Shown here one piece after another: positions 1 through 4,001 of a DNA stretch of 5,415 nt. Source of the DNA: a virus; the IMG/VR virus record IMGVR_UViG_3300005314_000013, positions 1 through 5,415 of that record. One strand, 5' to 3'. Under the pieces are notes generated by a model, which saw only the letters and a program-made list of their open reading frames with translations, searched no databases and was not told the origin of the DNA. Each line of letters begins with the position of its first letter. Within the stretch, counting starts at the first letter, position 1. The position numbers were made by a program, and so were the translations under genes.

Positions 1-989
1 TAACTAAGATCTGCTCGAGCGCTGACCATGCCAATGATGATGCAATGCTCCGTGAAGGATTTGACAAAGCCATGTCCGTGAGCGCCGACAGTGCCAACAG
101 CTGCCAAGTTTGCCTGTGGGCTTTGCGCGGTCGTAGCTGAGGTCTGTGCGACCGGATTGACATTGACCGCGGAAGATCCGCCGCCGAGGAACTCGGGGCG
201 CTGGAGGCGAGCATCCGGCGATGTGACGCCGAAGTGGGCCTTGAGGATTTCGACATAGCGCGAGCCACCACGTGCGTCGCGCTCGTAGAGACGCTGAATT
301 TGAAACGCCTGTCGGAGCTGGTTGATCGTGGCCGCAGTCGCGGTCGTGAGATCGGTCGTAAGCTGCGGAAAGATGGCTCCAGAGGGGCCAAAGGAGACCT
401 GTCCGGCAGTGATAGCACCGACGTTACCGGGAGAGGCGTTGGCGACGCCGGAGTTGTTCCAAGGGATGGTGGCTCCGTTGGTACCAGTCGTACCCCATCC
501 AATAGCCGTATTTGTTCCGGTGCGAATAGGAGCAGACGTGCCAAGCGGAAGCGAGATCGCAGGTCCCTTTTGGGGCCATGGGAGAGCAGAAGTAAAGTAG
601 TCGTGACGCTTCCCGCGACGAAGGAGAGTATAATCGGTAGGAGCATCGGGGCCATCGCCGGTATTGTTCACCACTGAGTTTTGAAGGTTTTGATCTCGGA
701 ACCATTCGTTCCAGATCAGGTTGTAAGCGCGATGCCACATCGCGCTATGAGCGAGGCCCGGTATAAGCGTGGGAAGCCCGAGGTAGTCGTGAATTGACGA
801 GTTGGTGTAACCACCGGCAGGGCTTGTCATCTGAGGCACGAGGAAGTCCGTGCTATCGCCGGGGTTGCGCTGCTCGCCGTTAAAGCGCTGCCAGTTATCC
901 CAAATGAGACGCATGGGCACGGCGAAGAAGAAGCTCTCGATAAAGATGTTGTCCATGATCGGAGCTATCGGAGTCGCCAGTCGGCCGAA
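1..989. repeat. Terminal redundancy, copy 1 of 2 (same sequence as 4427..5415, offset 4426 nt)
   Basis: The window start taactaagatctgctcgagc recurs at 4427. The stretch 961..989 (ggagctatcggagtcgccagtcggccgaa) recurs at 5387..5415, the window end. ORF-track proteins 234..677, 322..600 and 424..738 are letter-identical to 4660..5103, 4748..5026 and 4850..5164, each offset by exactly 4426. The repeat lies entirely inside one gene (VP1). That is the expected signature of a circular genome assembled past its own start. Confidence 0.97.
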
Positions 990-1160
990 TCCGGACATGG
1001 AGAGGTTCATGGTATCGCCGGGAAGGGCCTCGTCCATGAACACGGGCACGAGCCAACCGGCGTCAAAGGTAGTTTTGTAACCGTGATCGCGGTTGAAGGT
1101 AGATCGCTGGATTTCCGCGTTCGGAACCTGAGCGAATGAGTGCGACATTACAGAGCGCAT
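1..1160 (-). CDS. VP1: Major capsid protein VP1 (Microviridae F/VP1 family), N-terminal part (about 386 codons). It runs off the left window edge and continues on the circle at 4426 down to the stop at 4000
   Basis: My hand translation of the minus strand from ATG 1160..1158 gives MRSVMSHSFAQVPNAEIQRSTFNRDHGYKTTFDAGWLVPVFMDEALPGDTMNLSMSGFGRLATPIAPIMDNIF. This joins in frame (204 nt = 68 codons) to the ORF-track protein that starts MDNIFIESFFF. The SHSFAQVP...KTTFDAGWLVP...LPGDT N-terminus is the pattern I recall from Chlamydia-phage-type gokushovirus VP1. A GGGG(A) Shine-Dalgarno-like element at 1166..1169 sits 5 nt upstream of the ATG. A second in-frame ATG at 1148 is an alternative start. 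The whole gene on the circle is 1160 + 427 = 1587 nt, which is 528 aa plus TAA. Confidence 0.93.
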   Translation of the reverse strand, partial: MRSVMSHSFAQVPNAEIQRSTFNRDHGYKTTFDAGWLVPVFMDEALPGDTMNLSMSGFGRLATPIAPIMDNIFIESFFFAVPMRLIWDNWQRFNGEQRNPGDSTDFLVPQMTSPAGGYTNSSIHDYLGLPTLIPGLAHSAMWHRAYNLIWNEWFRDQNLQNSVVNNTGDGPDAPTDYTLLRRGKRHDYFTSALPWPQKGPAISLPLGTSAPIRTGTNTAIGWGTTGTNGATIPWNNSGVANASPGNVGAITAGQVSFGPSGAIFPQLTTDLTTATAATINQLRQAFQIQRLYERDARGGSRYVEILKAHFGVTSPDARLQRPEFLGGGSSAVNVNPVAQTSATTAQSPQANLAAVGTVGAHGHGFVKSFTEHCIIIGMVSARADLS

Positions 1161-1185
1161 TTTTTCCCCACTTACGTTCAAGATG

Positions 1186-1215
1186 AAAAAAAGGGCGACC
1201 CCGAGGAGGCCGCCC
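1186..1215 (-). terminator. Rho-independent terminator downstream of VP5 and 25 nt upstream of the VP1 start
   Basis: The minus strand reads GGGCGGCC-TCCTCGG-GGTCGCCC followed by TTTTTTT. That is an 8-bp GC-rich stem with a 7-nt loop, then a T7 tract (plus-strand A run 1186..1192). The single non-Watson-Crick position is a G.U wobble in the minus-strand transcript but an A/C mismatch in the plus-strand version. The structure is therefore more stable in the coding orientation. Confidence 0.6.
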
Positions 1216-1229
1216 GTAGTTGCTGAGGG

Positions 1230-1559
1230 CTAGGAAGCCTCAGGGGAGGTTTCAGGGGCTTCGGAGGGCTGAAGCATCGCCTGATAGCGTGCGCGCGTCC
1301 TGTGGGCGTCCTGAAGGGCGACAAGGCCATTAACAAGTATGTCGAAAGGGTAGATAGGCGAGAGCTGGCCGGTATCGAGATCGATGTTGCCGAGTTTGAT
1401 CAGATCGAAGTCGGCAGGGTACTGAGCGACGGGGGTCTCAGAGGTCATCACCGCTTCAATGAACGTGCGGGATGCGGTCACGTCGTCACGCGACGAGAAG
1501 ACCGGGAGGGATACCTGGGCTTTACGATCCCAGATGGAGTATACGCCTTCAATTCTCAT
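1230..1559 (-). CDS. VP5: VP5-like small non-structural protein (gokushovirus ORF5 type), 109 aa
   Basis: ORF-track ORF with ATG at 1559 and TAG at 1232..1230. It lies directly downstream of VP4, the position ORF5 occupies in gokushoviruses. An AGGA Shine-Dalgarno at 1567..1570 sits 7 nt upstream. The start overlaps the VP4 stop as ATGA. The pattern YSIWDRKAQVSLPVF...ASRTF...PADFDLIKLGNIDLDTGQL matches my recollection of VP5 proteins (Y.v.D.K....PF....A.R.F....P.DF.L..iG..D..TG). The function of this family is poorly defined. Confidence 0.7.
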   Translation of the reverse strand: MRIEGVYSIWDRKAQVSLPVFSSRDDVTASRTFIEAVMTSETPVAQYPADFDLIKLGNIDLDTGQLSPIYPFDILVNGLVALQDAHRTRARYQAMLQPSEAPETSPEAS

Positions 1560-2476
1560 TTCAGTTTCCTAGCAAGGCGATCGACGCGTAATTGCGTGAG
1601 TTCCTCGATCACGTCGAGGCGATCGCGTGTTTGATTTTCGGTGTGCCTTGAGGCTTTCCGAGTTCTTTTGCCCTTGACCCGATCCATATCGGTTCGTTCA
1701 AGAGAGGGGTACCAAACCGGGAACCCCGTAGCATCGGGCTTCCATTCGCCCAATTTAGTTTCCTTGGAGATCATGAGCTGATCGTAGGCTTTTGGGACCC
1801 GAACTTTTTTTCCGTTGAAAACACAGCCGTCCATAGGGAAGACGTCGGTTTTGTACTTGGCCAGCCATGGAGCCCCGATCCCGGGGCGGCGTGACATGGT
1901 TGAATACTCGGGTTCTCGATTCCCGTATTCTGATTTGCGATTGCCTGTCAACTTTTTCATTACGTAACGTCCGCAGTAAGCCGCGCTTTCGAAAGTGACG
2001 TTACCGATATAGCAATCACCGTGAGACCAGAGAGCATCGAGTTCTCTGGAAATGTATAGTTTTGACCCAGTTTCGGTAGTTTTGAGGTATAGCTTATCCT
2101 CAAAGTCATAGTTGAAGATGATGGTATGGTAGTGAGGCCGAAGTGTAGTGTCTCCGTATTCACCAACGTGATAGTAACGTATAAGCCGACCCTCATGTTT
2201 TTTCCTCAGCTTCTTCATGAATAGCTGATGATGTGTAAGGTCTAGACTGTCGTCTGGTGGCATATCCTTATAGGTGAGAGTGAGGAATGCATTTTTCTCG
2301 TAGAGGGATGCTTCATGCATGATCCTCATTGCCCATTGACGGGATTTTTCGAGCCTGCAGCCCATGCATTGTGAGCAGGGGACTGTGACCGGTTTGTCAG
2401 ACCATCCCAGCTTCTTGCTGAAGACGATCTGACCACCTGGGGCACGCCAACCTTCGATTGGTCGGGTGCAGACCAT
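1556..2476 (-). CDS. VP4: Replication initiation protein VP4 (HUH rolling-circle endonuclease, phiX174 gene A-like), 306 aa
   Basis: The N-terminus MVCTRPIEGW...VPCSQCMGCRLEKSRQWAMRIMHEA is the conserved Cys-rich gokushovirus VP4 head. Motif I is FLTLTY. The HUH motif PHYHTIIF has H-Y-H at 2126..2134, verified by hand as CAC TAC CAT. The two-tyrosine catalytic motif AAYCGRYVMKK has its first Tyr at 1976..1978. ATG is at 2476 and TGA at 1558..1556. Confidence 0.95.
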   Translation of the reverse strand: MVCTRPIEGWRAPGGQIVFSKKLGWSDKPVTVPCSQCMGCRLEKSRQWAMRIMHEASLYEKNAFLTLTYKDMPPDDSLDLTHHQLFMKKLRKKHEGRLIRYYHVGEYGDTTLRPHYHTIIFNYDFEDKLYLKTTETGSKLYISRELDALWSHGDCYIGNVTFESAAYCGRYVMKKLTGNRKSEYGNREPEYSTMSRRPGIGAPWLAKYKTDVFPMDGCVFNGKKVRVPKAYDQLMISKETKLGEWKPDATGFPVWYPSLERTDMDRVKGKRTRKASRHTENQTRDRLDVIEELTQLRVDRLARKLK

Positions 2477-2479
2477 TTG

Positions 2480-2596
2480 TCAAAGCCTGATACCGCCCCG
2501 CATGGGGCCCGGCTTGACGTTCTTTTTGTGGGTATGAGAAGCCGTCCGACGGAAGAGCTTCTTGGAGTGTTTTTTGGAGATTTTCTGACGTCGCAT
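2480..2596 (-). CDS. Small basic DNA-binding protein (gokushovirus ORF8 / phiX174 J analogue), 38 aa. Not present in the supplied ORF track
   Basis: Hand translation from ATG 2596..2594 to TGA 2482..2480 gives MRRQKISKKHSKKLFRRTASHTHKKNVKPGPMRGGIRL. Fourteen of the 38 residues are Arg or Lys and none is acidic. A perfect AAGGAG Shine-Dalgarno at 2603..2608 sits 6 nt upstream. The gene lies between VP3 and VP4, as ORF8 does in Chlamydia-phage-type genomes. The KKLFRRTA...HKKN...MRGGIRL pattern is what I recall for these peptides. Confidence 0.8.
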   Translation of the reverse strand: MRRQKISKKHSKKLFRRTASHTHKKNVKPGPMRGGIRL

Positions 2597-2602
2597 TGTC
2601 TG

Positions 2603-2608
2603 CTCCTT
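2603..2608 (-). promoter_or_regulatory. Shine-Dalgarno AAGGAG for the 38-aa basic ORF
   Basis: Plus-strand ctcctt is AAGGAG on the minus strand. A 6-nt spacer (CAGACA) separates it from ATG 2596. Confidence 0.75.
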
Positions 2609-2619
2609 TTGAGTTTTTA

Positions 2620-2640
2620 GACTGACTTTTGGTGTCAGTC
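2620..2640 (-). promoter_or_regulatory. Perfect 7-bp hairpin with a 7-nt loop in the VP3-ORF8 intergenic region (candidate origin or regulatory stem-loop)
   Basis: The minus strand reads GACTGAC-ACCAAAA-GTCAGTC. The element is non-coding and lies 11 nt upstream of the ORF8 Shine-Dalgarno. No T-tract follows it, so it does not look like a terminator. Confidence 0.4.
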
Positions 2641-2674
2641 AGACCAGTTAAGAACAAGGGGAGGTCACTGGTCT
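2641..2674 (-). promoter_or_regulatory. 8-bp inverted repeat with an 18-nt spacer that spans the VP3 stop codon and abuts the 2620..2640 hairpin
   Basis: The minus strand reads AGACCAGT-GACCTCCCCTTGTTCTTA-ACTGGTCT. The upstream arm includes the last VP3 codons and the stop (GAC CAG TGA). The downstream arm ends at 2641, immediately next to the following hairpin. Confidence 0.35.
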
Positions 2675-3138
2675 CCCGCAGGCGGGTTTTTACGAGGTTT
2701 TGACGACACGGGGGCCGTGTCGTCAGCTTCCTGCACCACCTTCACTAATGAGGGTTCCGGCGGCGCAGGAAGCGGGGGCGCAAGGCCCATGCTCCGCAAT
2801 TCCTCTTGGTTTTGCGGATTTGCCGCGAAGTCGATAAATTTCGCGGGATCGTTATTAAAGCGATCTCTAATGGAAGCAGGAAGCTCCATAAAGAGCGTGT
2901 CGGCCTCCATGATTCTTTCGAGGCCGGTTTTGTAGTCGAGGACTTCTGAGAAGTCGCCGTATTCGCCGGCCATGCCGCCGACGTGTGTAAGTTCACCGGT
3001 AGCTTCGTACCGTTTCATGATGATGTTGATGTCGCATTCGTCCCGCATGTGCTGCTGGACGAGACCCTCGTCTTCGCCGGGGTCTGTATCGAAGATCTGC
3101 GACTTGTAATTTTCGTCATACTGAGTGCGAAATTTCAT
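2665..3138 (-). CDS. VP3: Internal scaffolding protein VP3 (Chlamydia-phage Chp2 scaffold family), 157 aa
   Basis: The ORF-track protein contains QQHMRDECDINIIMKRYEATG, EYGDFSEVLDYKTGLERIMEADTLFMELPASIRDRFNNDPAKFIDF and NQEELRSMGL. This is the D/E-C-D-I-N-x-I...TG...LP..iR.rF.NDP..F..F signature of gokushovirus VP3. A GGAG element at 3148..3151 lies upstream. ATG 3138..3136 overlaps the VP2 TGA 3137..3135 as ATGA. Confidence 0.9.
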   Translation of the reverse strand: MKFRTQYDENYKSQIFDTDPGEDEGLVQQHMRDECDINIIMKRYEATGELTHVGGMAGEYGDFSEVLDYKTGLERIMEADTLFMELPASIRDRFNNDPAKFIDFAANPQNQEELRSMGLAPPLPAPPEPSLVKVVQEADDTAPVSSKPRKNPPAGDQ

Positions 3139-3989
3139 TGACCTTGTCTCCGACGAAGTTCTTTGAGGCCGAACTGACGGACGGCCTCCGAGGTGAGTGT
3201 TTTAGCTGAGTTAGAGTTTTGATCTGGTTTAGAAGCATCAACGATGCTCTCCCAGAATGATTTTTTACCGTTCCACCACTGACGCGCTTGAGAGTTGCCG
3301 AGGTAGTCGTCTGCCAGTTTTGTTCCAACCTTTTGACCTTGCTCGGCAATTTGATTAAGCGCCGAGTTGGTAACGGAGATTGTGCCGTTGGCGAGGGCGC
3401 CGGGGGCGCCTTTTGCGGCGTCGAGGACGCCTTGTACGATGTCGCCGTTATCGCCGACACCGAGTAGTTTTTTGACATTAGTAATGCCAGAGTTTACGGC
3501 TTTGCCTGCCTCAGTATAAAGAGGCGTAAGAACGCCTTGTTGGGCGTTGGATATTTGCAGTTGCTTGATTTGTTCCGCTACGCGCGCATTTTCTAGTTTT
3601 GCATTATTTACTTGTGCTTGCATAAGCGGAGTTTGTTGTATTTTTGTGCCGATATCTCGGGCAGAGTTTGCTAGTTCAGACATGTCGTTGACGACATTGG
3701 GCATTACACCGGAGGCAGCGCCTCCGGAGGGAGTAGAAGCTCCGGAACCTCCGGAGCTTAAGATAGGATTGAGGCCTGCGGCCTGTAGATCAGCGACTTC
3801 GCGCTGGTGAGCGGTGCCAGACATCCGCTCTTGAAAGTCCATTTCTTTTTGGACTTGTTGTGCGTTAAACGCATTTGTTTCACGCGACATTTGAATATTC
3901 GTCGCGTTTTGCTTGTCGGCCCCAGATTTTCCAAAGAGGCCTCCAAGTAGAGAGCTGGCAACGCCAGCTAAAGGTGCGAGGAATGCCAT
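3135..3989 (-). CDS. VP2: Minor capsid / DNA pilot protein VP2, 284 aa
   Basis: I place the start at the internal ATG 3989, not at the track start 4286. A perfect AAGGAG at 3996..4001 sits 6 nt upstream of this ATG and 1 nt after the VP1 stop begins. The product starts MAFLAPLAGVASSLLGGLFGKSG (hydrophobic, Gly-rich). It carries the pilot-protein hallmark ERMSGTAHQREVADLQAAGLNPILS followed by a Gly/Ser linker. The gene follows VP1 as in gokushoviruses. Confidence 0.85.
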   Translation of the reverse strand: MAFLAPLAGVASSLLGGLFGKSGADKQNATNIQMSRETNAFNAQQVQKEMDFQERMSGTAHQREVADLQAAGLNPILSSGGSGASTPSGGAASGVMPNVVNDMSELANSARDIGTKIQQTPLMQAQVNNAKLENARVAEQIKQLQISNAQQGVLTPLYTEAGKAVNSGITNVKKLLGVGDNGDIVQGVLDAAKGAPGALANGTISVTNSALNQIAEQGQKVGTKLADDYLGNSQARQWWNGKKSFWESIVDASKPDQNSNSAKTLTSEAVRQFGLKELRRRQGQ

Positions 3990-3995
3990 GATGAT

Positions 3996-4001
3996 CTCCT
4001 T
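3996..4001 (-). promoter_or_regulatory. Shine-Dalgarno AAGGAG for VP2, overlapping the VP1 stop codon
   Basis: The minus strand reads CAC TTT TAA GGAGATCATC ATG. The VP1 TAA at 4002..4000 supplies the first two bases of AAGGAG. Confidence 0.8.

Noticed and set aside
234-677. Plus-strand 147-aa ORF (also 4660..5103) and the nested 92-aa ORF 322..600 (also 4748..5026), both antisense to VP1
   Set aside because: The 147-aa ORF starts at GTG. No RBS is visible and the Arg/Gly/Ser-rich products look like nonsense. Both ORFs are antisense to a strongly supported gene in a GC-rich stretch. Microviridae are known to express genes from one strand only.
424-738. Minus-strand 104-aa ORF in the +2 frame of VP1 (also 4850..5164)
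   Set aside because: It has no hydrophobic or otherwise recognisable domain. The composition is Arg/Ser/Tyr/Trp-rich, typical of off-frame translation, and nothing supports a start site.
1-989. The 989-nt direct repeat as a biological element, such as long terminal repeats, attL/attR of a prophage or a transposon
   Set aside because: Both copies are internal pieces of the single VP1 gene and join to restore a perfect 528-codon frame. There is no flanking non-phage sequence. Over-assembly or a concatemeric read of a circular genome explains it fully.
850-1080. Plus-strand 76-aa ORF antisense to the VP1 N-terminal region
   Set aside because: It is antisense to the best-conserved part of VP1. 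It shows no RBS and no recognisable motif.
1161-1185. Possible sigma-70 promoter (TTGAAC as -35, AAAAAT as -10) between the terminator and VP1
   Set aside because: The spacing between these hexamers is about 11 nt, far from the 16 to 18 nt required. Alternative pairings match the consensus at only 3 to 4 of 6 positions. The host and its promoter consensus are also unknown.
1161-1229. dif-like XerC/XerD site or other integration signal, as described for some enterobacterial gokushoviruses
   Set aside because: Neither intergenic region contains an AT-rich, roughly 28-bp dif-like imperfect palindrome. No integrase gene and no host junction are present.
1302-1634. Plus-strand 110-aa ORF antisense to VP5 and the VP4 3' end
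   Set aside because: It is on the wrong strand for a microvirus, has no RBS and overlaps two supported genes.
1960-2196. 78-aa ATG ORF in the +1 frame of VP4 with short hydrophobic patches (GLYVTITLV, LSGLTVIAISV)
   Set aside because: The hydrophobic runs are short and interrupted, and no RBS is present. The length is unremarkable for an off-frame ORF. It is a much weaker candidate for an overprinted membrane protein than 4413..5081.
2597-2640. Possible promoter CTGACA ... TAAAAA upstream of ORF8
   Set aside because: The spacer is 13 to 15 nt with poor -10 matches, and the hexamers form part of the hairpin. It cannot be distinguished from chance.
2397-2657. 86-aa ORF from the track covering the VP3-VP4 gap
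   Set aside because: It starts at TTG (plus-strand caa at 2655..2657) with no RBS. It runs through the intergenic hairpins and is out of frame with the 38-aa basic ORF, which has a perfect AAGGAG RBS and a recognisable sequence. It also overlaps the VP4 start.
2675-2691. Plus-strand CCCG-CAGG-CGGG mini-hairpin followed by TTTTT, terminator-like
   Set aside because: The stem has only 4 bp. The element lies inside the 3' end of VP3 on the non-coding strand. No plus-strand gene exists for it to terminate.
2745-2996. 83-aa ORF in the +1 frame of VP3 with a hydrophobic stretch (SLWSFLLPLEIALITIP) and a very basic C-terminus, considered as an alternative lysis candidate
   Set aside because: It starts at GTG, has no internal Met and no RBS. 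The hydrophobic stretch is only about 17 residues and contains a Glu. It is worth a glance in a comparative analysis but cannot be supported from this sequence alone.
3116-3478. 120-aa ORF in the +1 frame of VP2 that runs across the VP2/VP3 junction
   Set aside because: The product is Ser/Thr/Lys-rich with no TM segment or motif, and no RBS is present. It is probably a chance open frame.
1900-3700. Lower GC in parts of VP4 and VP2 (about 40 to 45 percent in hand-counted 60-nt lines) against about 57 to 63 percent in VP1 lines, considered as evidence of mosaic origin
   Set aside because: The estimate rests on a handful of hand-counted lines. The low-GC lines occur in more than one gene and track Lys/Phe/Tyr/Asn-rich protein segments. 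A sliding-window GC and codon-usage analysis would be needed before claiming recombination.
3547-3810. Plus-strand 87-aa Cys-rich ORF and the 84-aa ORF at 3913..4167, antisense to VP2 and VP1
   Set aside because: Both are on the antisense strand and show no RBS. The Cys- and Phe-rich composition comes from reverse-complemented Ala/Gln/Lys codons.
3758-3961. 67-aa minus-strand ORF in an alternate frame of the VP2 N-terminal region
   Set aside because: It is short, basic and without a motif or RBS, and it lies entirely within VP2.
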